Positions 41,148 through 51,075 of a DNA stretch of 64,000 nt are shown here, in pieces. The notes under the pieces were generated by a model. It had not been told where the DNA came from. It saw nothing but the letters and a program-made list of their open reading frames with translations, and did no database searches. The stretch is from contig CANJVU010000002.1 in NCBI GenBank assembly GCA_947478525.1, forward strand, positions 24,873-88,872, given 5' to 3'. The DNA comes from Thiotrichales bacterium. GTDB taxonomy: Bacteria; Pseudomonadota; Gammaproteobacteria; Francisellales; CACEW01. The position numbers were made by a program, and so were the translations under genes. How positions within the stretch are numbered: the stretch's first letter is position 1; every line of letters starts with the position of its first letter.

Positions 41148-41630
41148 ATGAATAAGGTTTTATTGAAAAGTGCGCTTTGTGTGATGGTCTTATGTTTGAC
41201 GGGGTGTAGTGCTCCCGTCGAGCCGAGCCAGCCTGATGCCCAAACCGCGGCAATTGAGACCAGCCTGAACCAGGCGGCGCAATCAGCAACGGTTTCTCTG
41301 GCACAGTTGTCAGCGATTCAAATGGCTCAGAACCCGGGTATGGATGGGTTGCCTTTTGCCAGTGTGCACGACAAAGCGTTGAGCCAGTTGATTTTTGTAA
41401 AATGGTATGGGCCTATTGAGCCGTTGCTGCAAATGGTCGCCGTGAAAGCCGGTTATCAATTGCAGGTATACGGTAAAGCGCCCTCATTGCCGGTTTTGGT
41501 GAATATCGATGATACCAATAGCCTGGTTCCTGCGTTGGATGTGGTGCGTAATGCCGCATTGCAGGCGGGTACCAAGGTGACCATTGAGATTTATGAAAAA
41601 CGTCATGTCATCAGTTTGAGGTATCGCTAA
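41148..41630 (+). CDS. dotD: Dot/Icm lipoprotein DotD
   Basis: Lipobox LTGC; WYGPIEPLL...A..AGY, G..P..PVLV.I and ISLRY. Confidence 0.92.
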   Translation: MNKVLLKSALCVMVLCLTGCSAPVEPSQPDAQTAAIETSLNQAAQSATVSLAQLSAIQMAQNPGMDGLPFASVHDKALSQLIFVKWYGPIEPLLQMVAVKAGYQLQVYGKAPSLPVLVNIDDTNSLVPALDVVRNAALQAGTKVTIEIYEKRHVISLRYR

Positions 41631-41631
41631 T

Positions 41632-42390
41632 ATGGCAGCGCCAGGGTATACCATTGCAGAGTTGCAGAACCTGCAAACCGATTCTGCGTATTATCAAGCA
41701 CATATTCCGAGTACCAATATTCGGCTTAAAGCGGTGCAAGAAGCCGCGGAACAGTTGGGTATGCAAACTGGTTTAGCCGATGAATCTGAAGTGATCGATC
41801 ATGTTTTGCAAATCCATGATGCACAATTGAATCAAATTTTTAATTTTCGCTTGTTGATGTATAAAGACAGCGTGTTGCCTCCGGTGATTATCTCGGCAAA
41901 TAATAGGTTGCATATCGATAACGCGGGCGATAATATCCGTATCGGTGGGCAAAGTTATCAGATTATTCAGCAGGTGCGTTTTGTGACGGCACCGCCAACG
42001 TGGCGCGATTATTTGTGGATGGACTATCCTTATCCAGCTTACCCGAATCAGGCGGTTTTGCCTAAAACTGCAGAGGAGCGTGCTGTCTGGAAAGAAGCGC
42101 TGTCCAAAGGGTGGGGCGAAGGGATTAAACAGGCTATCACCATTTATAACATTAATTTGGATCATCTCGGTCGCGATTTTAATGGCATGGTGTTATACAG
42201 TAAACTGTTGGCGCAAAATATGGTTAGTCCATTCTATGTGGTTAAACATGACGACGGTATTACCGGCGATGCCAACCATGTGACGTTGGATGATCAAACC
42301 TGGCAGATTACCGCACAACCGCAGTTGCAACTTCACAGCAAGTTATGGCAACCGGTGTTGATGTCGGGTCCGACGGAAGGGGGTAGTTAG
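41632..42390 (+). CDS. dotC: Dot/Icm core protein DotC
   Basis: G.Q.GLA, FNF..L, VLPPVI, RFVTAPPTWRDYLW and L.RDFNGMVLY..LL.QNMVS. Confidence 0.92.
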   Translation: MAAPGYTIAELQNLQTDSAYYQAHIPSTNIRLKAVQEAAEQLGMQTGLADESEVIDHVLQIHDAQLNQIFNFRLLMYKDSVLPPVIISANNRLHIDNAGDNIRIGGQSYQIIQQVRFVTAPPTWRDYLWMDYPYPAYPNQAVLPKTAEERAVWKEALSKGWGEGIKQAITIYNINLDHLGRDFNGMVLYSKLLAQNMVSPFYVVKHDDGITGDANHVTLDDQTWQITAQPQLQLHSKLWQPVLMSGPTEGGS

Positions 42391-42391
42391 T

Positions 42392-43501
42392 GTGTTATTT
42401 CCCAATGAGCCCACTTATTTCACCCCAGATTATTTAGATAAATTGCTGGTGTTTTGCCACCAGAATGGTGCTTCTGATATCAGCATTCAAAGTGGTGAAG
42501 AGGTATTTTGTGAAGTGGAAGGGCGTCAGTTGCGAGTGACGCGTCGCAAATTAACTTTGCAAGAAACGTCTGATCTCAGCAACCATGTTTATGGTCCTAA
42601 TGCGACTGCGATGATTTTTGGCGGTCATGACATTGACACCAATTATCGCGTTAAAGTGAGTGAAGATGAGCATTACCGCTATCGCGTCAATATTACCGCC
42701 TGCTATTTTGATGGCTACCAGGGCTTGCAATTAACCATGCGTACCATCTCCAGTGAGCCGCCGTTATTGGCGAATTTGCAGTTGGAGCAAAATCTGTTAG
42801 AGAATCTCAATATTCCTCAGGGAATTTTAGTCGTCAGTGGCGCCACTGGTTCTGGTAAAAGTACCTTGTTGGCGTCTATTGTCGCGGATTTAGCGAGTCA
42901 ACCCGACAGTCATTTAAAAATTTTAACGTATGAGTCACCGATTGAGTATGTGTACGATCAAGTTTCTAAACCCAGTGCCATCATCAGTCAGACTGAGATT
43001 CCGCGTTACTTGCCGACGTTTGCCGCTGGTGTGCGTAATGCCTTGCGTCGCAAACCCGGCTTGATTTTGGTAGGAGAGGCGCGCGACCGTGAAACCATCG
43101 AAGCCGTAATTGATGCAGCACTAACTGGGCATCCGGTGTATACTACGGTACATAGCAATGGGGTTGCCGATACGTTGCGGCGGATGGTGACCATTTTTCC
43201 GCAGGTTGAGCGTGATATGCGGATGTATGATTTGCTGGAAAGCGTGCGGGTTATTATTTGGCAGGCATTGGTTCCTACGGTGACCGGTAAGCGTACGGCG
43301 ATTCGTGAATATTTGGTGATGAATGCGACGGTGCGTGATGCGCTAGAAGCGACGCCAACGGAGCAAATGATCGCTAAAATTCGTGAACTATTGCCTGAGC
43401 ATGGACAACCGATTTATCGTGCGGCGCTGCAGAAATTTGAAGCTGGAATTATTTCGCAAGCGGTATTAGATCGGTTTAAAAAAATGGAGCAGATCACATG
43501 A
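42392..43501 (+). CDS. dotB: Dot/Icm PilT-like ATPase DotB
   Basis: GATGSGKST, YESPIEY, RNALRRKP.LILVGEARD and TGHPVYTTVH. Confidence 0.96.
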   Translation: MLFPNEPTYFTPDYLDKLLVFCHQNGASDISIQSGEEVFCEVEGRQLRVTRRKLTLQETSDLSNHVYGPNATAMIFGGHDIDTNYRVKVSEDEHYRYRVNITACYFDGYQGLQLTMRTISSEPPLLANLQLEQNLLENLNIPQGILVVSGATGSGKSTLLASIVADLASQPDSHLKILTYESPIEYVYDQVSKPSAIISQTEIPRYLPTFAAGVRNALRRKPGLILVGEARDRETIEAVIDAALTGHPVYTTVHSNGVADTLRRMVTIFPQVERDMRMYDLLESVRVIIWQALVPTVTGKRTAIREYLVMNATVRDALEATPTEQMIAKIRELLPEHGQPIYRAALQKFEAGIISQAVLDRFKKMEQIT

Positions 43502-43752
43502 AGCAGGATGACACAGGTGCCCATTGGCGTGACTCCGCTCATACGCCGAAATTTTTTGTGGTGGATGCCAGGGCAGCATTTGCGGTATTATTGGTATTGT
43601 TCCGGCCCCATTGGTGGACGTTGGGTGTTGCGGTTGCATTTGTTTGTTTTTTAATGTTTTTAAATTATTTGGGTTTGTCTATTTCAGTGGCGGGTAGAAT
43701 TGTCAGAAGTTGGATCTCGGGGCCTAAAAAAATGTTGGTGTATCGACGATGA
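43498..43752 (+). CDS. icmT: Dot/Icm protein IcmT
   Basis: AHWRDSA..PKFF..DARA. Confidence 0.92.
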   Translation: MKQDDTGAHWRDSAHTPKFFVVDARAAFAVLLVLFRPHWWTLGVAVAFVCFLMFLNYLGLSISVAGRIVRSWISGPKKMLVYRR

Positions 43753-46049
43753 GCAAATTATTTCGAGGGATTACAAAAGGTCAGGAAATTGCCCCCACAC
43801 AGGCGATGCGGGATATACGCCCGTTTTGGCAGCAAATTCGCGATTTGCTGCAGGGGCGCATTGGTGCCTCCATTGTTACCTTGACCTTTATGCTGTTTAT
43901 TTATTTATTTCCCTCAAGTTCTGATATTTGGTTTTTGTTTATTATATTGATCTTCTGGTATTCTTTTTTCTCCATGCATAAATTGCCGTTCAAGCTACCG
44001 GTGTTTTGTAATAAGCCAGATCCGAATAACCCATTGCCGGGCAACAATAAACCAGGGAAGGCTTCTGGCATTTATTTTTTTGGTAATGACATCGTCACCA
44101 AAGAGCATCTCTGGTTCAATGATTCCGATATGCGTACTCACGTTTTGATCTTTGGATCGACTGGTGCGGGTAAAACTGAGGCTCTATTATCCATTGCCTA
44201 CAATGCGCTGGCACAGGGTAGCGGTTTTATTTATGTTGATGGTAAGGGTGATAACTCTTTGTTTGCCAAGATATTTTCAATGGTTCGCACCAGCGGCCGT
44301 GAAGATGATCTGTTGTTGATTAACTTTATGACCGGTGCTGCCGATATTATTGGTCCACAAGAGCATATGCTGTCTAATACCATGAACCCCTTTGCTGCAG
44401 GTTCTTCAAGCATGTTGTCGCAGTTGGTGGTGAGTTTGATGGATTCCGGTGGTGGCCCCGGTGGTGGCGATGGTGATATGTGGAAGGGCCGAGCCATTTC
44501 CTTTGTGCAGGCGATTATGCCGCCGCTGGTGTGGTTGCGCGATAAAGGGTATCTGTTGTTGGATGCTGGTTTGATCCGTCGTTATTTCGTGTTGGATGTG
44601 TTAGAAGAATTACTCTATGACAACAAAATTGTCGATCAGGACAACAACACTAAAATTATTACCGAAAAAATGCCCTTTGACGTTTACGATCCGTTAGAAA
44701 ACTATCTGGCGACGTTGCCCGGTTACCAAAAAGCCGAAAAAGGCAAGCAAAGCGGTAAAGCCTATGAGCAGCATGGCTATATTACCATGCAGTTAACGCG
44801 TATTTTCGGTTCGTTAGCCAACGTATATAGCCATATTATTCGAACTAACCTGGCAGAAGTAGATTTTCGTGATGTGGTATTGAACCGTCGTATTTTGGTG
44901 GTGTTATTACCTGCGTTAGAAAAAGCGCCGGATGAATTGGCCAGCTTGGGTAAATTGATTATCGCCTCGTTGCGTGCCATGTTGGCGGAAGGCTTGGGCA
45001 GTAAGGTTGAGGGTGACTATGCGGATGTGATCGACACCAAGCCCACCAACTCCAAAACGCCATATTTATGCGTGCTCGATGAGTATGGATATTATGCCGT
45101 AAAAGGTTTTGCCGTAGTGCCCGCACAGGCCCGTTCGTTAGGGTTCTCCGTGGTGTTTGCGGGGCAGGATTTACCGGCGTTCCAAAAAGCGTCGAAAGAA
45201 GAAGCCGCGTCGATTTGCGCCAACACCAACATTAAAATTTGTATGAAACTCGAGGATCCAGTCGAAACCTGGGATTTCTTTAACAAAACCGCCGGTGAGG
45301 CCTATGTGTCGGTGACACGTAGTTTTTCTCGCGGCAGTGGTACCGGTGGATTGGATTATCGGGACTCGATGGAAGCGCAGTTTGATAAACGCAGTCGCTT
45401 GAGTTTGCTAGACTTGAAAGATCAGCGGGAAGGAGAAGCGCATATCTTCTTTAAATCAGCAATTATCCGCGCTTCGATGTTTTATGCCAGCCCAGCGAAA
45501 GTGAAAAAAATTAAGTTAAATCAATTTCTAAAAGTGAAGCCACCTTCGGATTCGGTTGTGGCTAATTTAACCAGGTTGCGCGGCGCCACCTTTACCGTAG
45601 CGACGTTCAAGCGCGATGAGCAAGCGGAAGCCTTGGCGAATCTATTCGCGCTGTTTAAAAGCGAAACCAGTAAAGAGCGGACGCCAGACATTATTAAATC
45701 GATCATCCATTTTGTCGATGGCCATGTTGATGAAGAAAAAGTCGACTTTGGCAGTCAGGCCAGTAACCCGTCAATTTTTATGCAAATCCCGATTGACCAG
45801 CGCCTGGCCAGTACTTATTTCGATGTCGAAATTTCCAGCTTGCAAGACAGTTTGCTGACTAAAGAAAAATTGTATGAAGTGGTTAAGAAGTTGAACATTT
45901 TAGAAGGTAAGAGTGAAAGTGTTTCCAAAAAAGAATCAATGGATATCATCACTCGTATTGAAAAAGAAACCAGTTATCAAGGCTGCTTGCCAAGCCGTCA
46001 AGGCAGTTTGGCAACGGTGATTGATACATTATTACAGAAGGTGGCGTAG
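43749..46049 (+). CDS. dotL: Type IV coupling protein IcmO/DotL
   Basis: RTHVLIFGSTGAGKTE, YVDGKGD, LDEYGYY and AQARSLGFS. Confidence 0.96.
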   Translation: MSKLFRGITKGQEIAPTQAMRDIRPFWQQIRDLLQGRIGASIVTLTFMLFIYLFPSSSDIWFLFIILIFWYSFFSMHKLPFKLPVFCNKPDPNNPLPGNNKPGKASGIYFFGNDIVTKEHLWFNDSDMRTHVLIFGSTGAGKTEALLSIAYNALAQGSGFIYVDGKGDNSLFAKIFSMVRTSGREDDLLLINFMTGAADIIGPQEHMLSNTMNPFAAGSSSMLSQLVVSLMDSGGGPGGGDGDMWKGRAISFVQAIMPPLVWLRDKGYLLLDAGLIRRYFVLDVLEELLYDNKIVDQDNNTKIITEKMPFDVYDPLENYLATLPGYQKAEKGKQSGKAYEQHGYITMQLTRIFGSLANVYSHIIRTNLAEVDFRDVVLNRRILVVLLPALEKAPDELASLGKLIIASLRAMLAEGLGSKVEGDYADVIDTKPTNSKTPYLCVLDEYGYYAVKGFAVVPAQARSLGFSVVFAGQDLPAFQKASKEEAASICANTNIKICMKLEDPVETWDFFNKTAGEAYVSVTRSFSRGSGTGGLDYRDSMEAQFDKRSRLSLLDLKDQREGEAHIFFKSAIIRASMFYASPAKVKKIKLNQFLKVKPPSDSVVANLTRLRGATFTVATFKRDEQAEALANLFALFKSETSKERTPDIIKSIIHFVDGHVDEEKVDFGSQASNPSIFMQIPIDQRLASTYFDVEISSLQDSLLTKEKLYEVVKKLNILEGKSESVSKKESMDIITRIEKETSYQGCLPSRQGSLATVIDTLLQKVA

Positions 46050-46052
46050 GTT

Positions 46053-46499
46053 ATGGTTGCAACAAAACAAAATACACAACGAGAAGAATTGGTTGGTACA
46101 AAGGAAATTCCTCATCCAGAGCTCAAGGCTTTGCTGGTTAGCGATTCCGCTAAGCAGTTGACTGGTGCAGAAGGTATGTTGTTGGAGCGAATGGCCAAGC
46201 GTGTGGAAAAATTTAGTCAGTTACCAGAGTACACGCAAAAATTATTAGACCAAAAGACAAAAGAACAATATGGAATGAATTATCTAGACCTGCAAGCCAG
46301 ATGCGCCAAAGAATTGATTGGTGGTGTTGCGGTTATTGCCAGTGAACAAACGGCAACGTGGAACATCAGCAGTGGCGATTTACCAGCAGCAGTGGTGAGA
46401 GCAGATACTGTCGCACAAGCATTAGGGCGTATGTTGGCGAGTCAAGAATTATTCCAGGGTGAAGAATTGTTAATGGAGTTTGAGGAAGATGCGGATTAG
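46053..46499 (+). CDS. Unassigned soluble protein within the dot/icm operon
   Basis: Starts 3 nt after the dotL stop; acidic C-terminus EELLMEFEEDAD. Confidence 0.75.
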   Translation: MVATKQNTQREELVGTKEIPHPELKALLVSDSAKQLTGAEGMLLERMAKRVEKFSQLPEYTQKLLDQKTKEQYGMNYLDLQARCAKELIGGVAVIASEQTATWNISSGDLPAAVVRADTVAQALGRMLASQELFQGEELLMEFEEDAD

Positions 46500-46513
46500 C
46501 AAAGGAAAAAAAG

Positions 46514-47287
46514 ATGTCTACAAAAGAACAAGAACCGGAAGAACCAATCGCCATTAAGTCAGTGGAGCGTGAGTCAGCGCCTCTGAGGTCAGAAGCATCA
46601 GGCATCACTAAGTCGATGGTGAATGACTCAGAGCCTTTGAGTTCAAGAACGCGGTCTATTGATTTAATGTACGCAATGCAGGGGCAGTTGCAGCCCTTTA
46701 GATCCAACCCTGTTGTGGCTCAAAGATTGCTAACAGTGGCGGTTCAATTGCAATCTTTAAAAGACCCCAATAAAAAAATAAGTGAACCAGCCGCTGAGCA
46801 GCTTGCCACTCGTTTGGAGCGGGAAACAAGCGAAATTGATCGTCTGATTGCTGCAGGCGTTTTTGCCGAGCGAACCATTACGCCTTCTGAGCGAGATGAC
46901 AGTAAAGTAAATGTGAGTTTAATGGGCGCCGTTTCTGCTGAAGTGATTCAGCAAATGATGCAGCAATATCAGCAAAACCAAACGCCCGATGTAAAGTTAA
47001 GTGTTGCTACACTTCCCAGGCAATCAAATCAAGATCCTAATGATCAGTTTTATAAAGTTGAGCTTCTTGGCAATCCTGATGGAGTCTCCGAAATGTTGGC
47101 TGGAGATAAATCGGCCATACGTGACCTTGAAATAGCGGGTGATAGCACTAGCTTGATTGGCACCGCTGCTGGCAATGCAATACAAGATGACTTAGATGAA
47201 TTGGCGACGAAACAGGGTGACGAGAAGGCGGCAGAAGCCATGAAGCAGCTGCAAGAGAGTGAAAGTTTTAGCCCAAGCCATCCTTAA
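46514..47287 (+). CDS. Unassigned soluble protein within the dot/icm operon
   Basis: AAGGA RBS; 257 aa, no TM helix or lipobox. Confidence 0.75.
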   Translation: MSTKEQEPEEPIAIKSVERESAPLRSEASGITKSMVNDSEPLSSRTRSIDLMYAMQGQLQPFRSNPVVAQRLLTVAVQLQSLKDPNKKISEPAAEQLATRLERETSEIDRLIAAGVFAERTITPSERDDSKVNVSLMGAVSAEVIQQMMQQYQQNQTPDVKLSVATLPRQSNQDPNDQFYKVELLGNPDGVSEMLAGDKSAIRDLEIAGDSTSLIGTAAGNAIQDDLDELATKQGDEKAAEAMKQLQESESFSPSHP

Positions 47288-47308
47288 AGATAACAGTGGA
47301 GTAACGGT

Positions 47309-47935
47309 ATGTCAGACGCACTAGAACGAGTGGTACTACGCAACGATTTTTACAAAGACGGGTTTCGCCGTATGGTGACGGTGTTGTTGATCAGTTTAGT
47401 GGTCAATGTCATCTTGCTCGGTTCATTGTTTTTTCTGGGCAGCCGACACCCGGATCCGGTTTACTTTGCCACCACGCAAGATGGCCAATTGATTCAATTG
47501 AACGGGGCGCAGCAGCCATTGCTGAATGATCAGGCGATTTTGGCCTGGGTTAACCGTAATATCCCTCAACTTTACCAGTTTGATTATGTGAATTATCGTA
47601 GCAGCTTGCAACGCAGCAGGCAGTACTTTACCTCGTCAGGTTGGCAGCAATTTATGCAAGAATTTGCGCCAGTGGTGAGTCAGGTAACCAATGGGGGGTT
47701 GGTGGTTTCGGCAGCATTGTATGATACCCCTGTCATTGTTAAATCGGGCGTTTTTGGCGGCATACCCAGTTGGGGTGTGCAAGTACCGTTGTTGGTCTCG
47801 TATCAAAAAGACGGTAAAGTGCAAACCCAACACATTATTATGCAGGTGTTGTTGCAAAAAGCAGATCCGAATGACAGCACGCAGTTGCTTAATATTACGC
47901 AAGTGATTGAGAAGAAAATGGATGACAGCCAATGA
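47309..47935 (+). CDS. dotI: Dot/Icm protein IcmL/DotI
   Basis: RNDFYKDG.R, one TM helix, P.YFAT..DG, DYVNYR..LQ...YFT..GW..F and W.VQ.P. Confidence 0.95.
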   Translation: MSDALERVVLRNDFYKDGFRRMVTVLLISLVVNVILLGSLFFLGSRHPDPVYFATTQDGQLIQLNGAQQPLLNDQAILAWVNRNIPQLYQFDYVNYRSSLQRSRQYFTSSGWQQFMQEFAPVVSQVTNGGLVVSAALYDTPVIVKSGVFGGIPSWGVQVPLLVSYQKDGKVQTQHIIMQVLLQKADPNDSTQLLNITQVIEKKMDDSQ

Positions 47936-48258
47936 GCATGAATATTTCGCAAATCTTGATAAAATTGGCAGCTTCGCATAACAAGAAAGTGATGCATCGC
48001 AACCAGGAAATCACGTTGGAAAAAACTTTTGCGTTGGATGGTGGTTTACCAATACTGGTCAGACGTGCGAATTTATTGTATGACTTTTTATTTGGTGAGA
48101 AATTACAAGTGTCGTTTCGCACCGATCCCGGTTCTTTGGCCGGTGAAGCGGTAGTGATTAACCCAGCACAGCAGAGTTTTATTCTGGTGATGATGCTGTA
48201 TGACGTTTTTGAAGAATTAGTGGTGAATGCAGGGAAGGGGAGTATTACCTTGTCGTAA
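47932..48258 (+). CDS. icmS: Dot/Icm adaptor IcmS (divergent)
   Basis: IS..L.KLAAS.N, F...G.LP...RRA..L, G.LAG..V and DV..EL follow the IcmS pattern; about 110 aa. Confidence 0.75.
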   Translation: MSMNISQILIKLAASHNKKVMHRNQEITLEKTFALDGGLPILVRRANLLYDFLFGEKLQVSFRTDPGSLAGEAVVINPAQQSFILVMMLYDVFEELVVNAGKGSITLS

Positions 48259-48276
48259 TCCACCCTACAATTAACG

Positions 48277-48711
48277 TTACCCACCTTCCTGCAACACCCT
48301 CAATACTTTTTCCATACGGTTGGTCGAAAAAATCCGTCCCAGCAGTTGTGATTTTTCAAACACCATGTTGCGTTGAAAGAATTTTTTCACTTCTGGCTCG
48401 GTTTCTTTATGTTTCTGGGCATAGGAAATAATTTTCATCACCAATTCAGAATTAAGGGTTTGTAACTTGTGTACCATAAACAACATATAAGCCGCAGGAA
48501 ATTGGTTTAATGTTTGGATGAATTCCAGTTCGTTGACTTTCGCGGTTTTCATGGTTTTACAGGCTTCCAAGAATTTTTCGATACTGGCATTTTCTGCTTC
48601 CGTCAGTTCTGGCAGCTCCTTTTCCAGCTTTTCCAGGTTGATCAAAATATCATTAATAAGGGGGTTTTTAAAAGATTGCCAATGGCGGACGATGTCATTT
48701 TTAATGGACAT
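48277..48711 (-). CDS. icmW: Dot/Icm adaptor IcmW
   Basis: FFQRNMVFEKSQLLGRIFS..R...VLR.L matches the IcmW C-terminus. Confidence 0.88.
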   Translation of the reverse strand: MSIKNDIVRHWQSFKNPLINDILINLEKLEKELPELTEAENASIEKFLEACKTMKTAKVNELEFIQTLNQFPAAYMLFMVHKLQTLNSELVMKIISYAQKHKETEPEVKKFFQRNMVFEKSQLLGRIFSTNRMEKVLRVLQEGG

Positions 48712-48959
48712 GGGAACCTCGCTATGTTTTATTTTATGTTACTTCACTGAGAAAATTTACACTTTTACTTAATGTTATTATACTATATTTTTGACCTAAT
48801 AAATTATTAATTTTTGTTTCTTTTTTTTGTTATAAAAATCATCCGGTTAGGTATTTTTATAAGTCTTATGTAACGTGGCGTTGCGATAATCAAATTTACA
48901 AGTAGCACATTACCCTTTAGAATGTATCCATATTTTTACCCTTTCCGGCAATCTTTAGG

Positions 48960-49835
48960 ATGACTATGAAACAGTATTCAATCATTAGGTTTTTGTTCGG
49001 TGCCGCCTGTCTTTCTATGTTAGCAGGATCGGTGGCGTTTGCACAAGATAATCCCGTGCGTCAGGCGGCTTTTAATAATGTAGTCAATAACGCATTTCCT
49101 ATGACGCCAGATGAAATTCAACAATTTAAAAATATTGCAGCGAAACAAGCAGAAGCCAATGCACAGCCACCGGGTGAAACCCCTCCGGTTGGAACTTCCA
49201 ATATTATTCCGGTGAGTTTGAAGCCGGGTGCGTTGATGCCGATTATTCGCGTGGGTCAGGGCATGATCACGTCAGTAGTGTTTACTGATGCGGCGGGTAA
49301 TGTGTGGCCAATTACTTCCTATAACATCGGCGATGCCAGTTCGTTTAACGTTAACTGGGACAAAAAAAGTGGTGTATTGATGATTCAAGGTCAAAAGCTT
49401 TATGCGCAGACCAATATAGGTGTTTTATTGGAAGGCATGGAAGTGCCCATTATGATCAATTTGTTGATTGGTCAAAATAAATGGGATTACCTGGATTATG
49501 TGCGGGTTTCTCAAAATGAATTGATGGGTAATGGTCAGGTGCAGCGGGTGGCAGAGGCGCCTTCATATCTCAATAACGTTTTGATGGGCATTGCTCCAGA
49601 GGGTAGTACGCTGTTGCAAACGTCGGGCGCAGACGCGCAAGTATGGTCTTATCAGGGTAATTATGTGTTGCTAACTCGAGCCACTTTGCTTTCGCCCGCC
49701 TGGAAGTCACAGATGTCTTCTGCAGGCAATGATCCTTATAATGCCTATGTATTGCCAAAAGCACCGGTGATTATTCTTTCTAACCAGGGCGTTGTTGAAA
49801 ATGTAAAAGTGTCCGAGGAGTCTGATAATGATTAA
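48960..49835 (+). CDS. dotH: Dot/Icm core protein IcmK/DotH
   Basis: Signal peptide; PMTPDEI, V.L.PG...P.IR...G..TS.VF.D..G..WPI and LLSPAW. Confidence 0.93.
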   Translation: MTMKQYSIIRFLFGAACLSMLAGSVAFAQDNPVRQAAFNNVVNNAFPMTPDEIQQFKNIAAKQAEANAQPPGETPPVGTSNIIPVSLKPGALMPIIRVGQGMITSVVFTDAAGNVWPITSYNIGDASSFNVNWDKKSGVLMIQGQKLYAQTNIGVLLEGMEVPIMINLLIGQNKWDYLDYVRVSQNELMGNGQVQRVAEAPSYLNNVLMGIAPEGSTLLQTSGADAQVWSYQGNYVLLTRATLLSPAWKSQMSSAGNDPYNAYVLPKAPVIILSNQGVVENVKVSEESDND

Positions 49836-51057
49836 AAAATGGTTAAATCTCTTATCACGTTATCCAAGATTGAGAGTGTTGTTGGTCGTCATTGTGGCGA
49901 TTGTCGTGTTGGTTGCGCTGGTGAATATGTTGTCCGGTAAATCTCAACCTGCCAAGCAAGGGATGGCGCCTCCTTCACAAATCGTTTCTGGGCGGGTTAA
50001 TCCTAATCAAGCAAGAACGGTTGGTACTGCACTTGCTGTAGATCAGGCAGCTACAACGGTACCTGCTGCGCCGGTTGCTACGCCTCCGCCTGCACCGGTG
50101 ACACCTCCTAACCAGTCGGGCTTTTTTTCTGGATTATTTGACAGCAAAGCACCTGCTCCCCCTGCATTGAATCAAAATCAAGCCTCTGCTGTAGTGCCTG
50201 CTGTAACAGGTCAATCATCAGATCTTGCCGTTGCTAATACCGCCTATGTGAATAATAGATCAACCTCTGAGGTAAAGGCTTCTGCTCCGGTATCCCAACC
50301 CTTAACCGCCAGCCAAATTGAAATGGCCAAGCAGTTGTCGAGCAGCATGCAATCTTCCTTGAGTGGCTCGACGGGGCAATGGTCACTACCAACGCAACAA
50401 ACGGTTGTTGGAAGTGGACCAAGTGCAAACTCAGCTGGAACTGGTGTAGGGCCTGGGGGTATTCAAGGGCCAATTTCGCTTAAAGCGGGTAGTATTTTGT
50501 TTGCCGTATTGGATGTGGGGCTGAACAGTGATCAACCGGGTACGCCCGTGTTGGCAGAGATTGCTGCGGGTAAATATAATGGCGCTAAGTTGATGGGGAC
50601 TTTTACCCTGGAAGGCGAAAAACTGGTGGTGAAATTCACCATGATGTCGATGCCAAAATGGCCCAGTACGGTTGCGATTAATGCCTATGGTATTGATCCG
50701 GATACCGGCGCTAATGCATTGGCCAGTGATGTAAATAATCATTACTTGGTACGTTATGGCAGCCTGTTGGCCGCAGGATTTTTGCAAGGGTACGGTAATG
50801 CGTACACAACGGCTTCTACCAGCAGTGGTTGTATTTCCGCCCCTGGGTTACCGCCTTGCGTGATCACCACCAGCAGTAATGGCACGGTACCTGTACCTAC
50901 GGCTAAATCCGCGATGTTCCAAGGCTTGGGACAAGTCGGTACTAATTTGGGTACGGCAGCAGCCAATAATTTTAATATGCCGCCGACCGTGACGTTGGAT
51001 CAAGGATCAGGGATGGGTATTTTATTTATGCAAGATACCACGCTTCCAAAAGTTTAA
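49828..51057 (+). CDS. dotG: Dot/Icm VirB10-like protein IcmE/DotG (short form)
   Basis: N-terminal TM, Pro/Ala linker, KAGSILFAVLD...NSD, VNNHYLVRYG and PPTV.LDQG.G.GILF. Confidence 0.92.
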   Translation: MIKKWLNLLSRYPRLRVLLVVIVAIVVLVALVNMLSGKSQPAKQGMAPPSQIVSGRVNPNQARTVGTALAVDQAATTVPAAPVATPPPAPVTPPNQSGFFSGLFDSKAPAPPALNQNQASAVVPAVTGQSSDLAVANTAYVNNRSTSEVKASAPVSQPLTASQIEMAKQLSSSMQSSLSGSTGQWSLPTQQTVVGSGPSANSAGTGVGPGGIQGPISLKAGSILFAVLDVGLNSDQPGTPVLAEIAAGKYNGAKLMGTFTLEGEKLVVKFTMMSMPKWPSTVAINAYGIDPDTGANALASDVNNHYLVRYGSLLAAGFLQGYGNAYTTASTSSGCISAPGLPPCVITTSSNGTVPVPTAKSAMFQGLGQVGTNLGTAAANNFNMPPTVTLDQGSGMGILFMQDTTLPKV

Positions 51058-51075
51058 GTTCACTAAAAAAGGTAA

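Noticed and set aside
48712-48959. CpxR box (GTAAA-N6-GTAAA) in the icmW/dotH intergenic region
   Set aside because: Half-sites are present but the spacing does not fit
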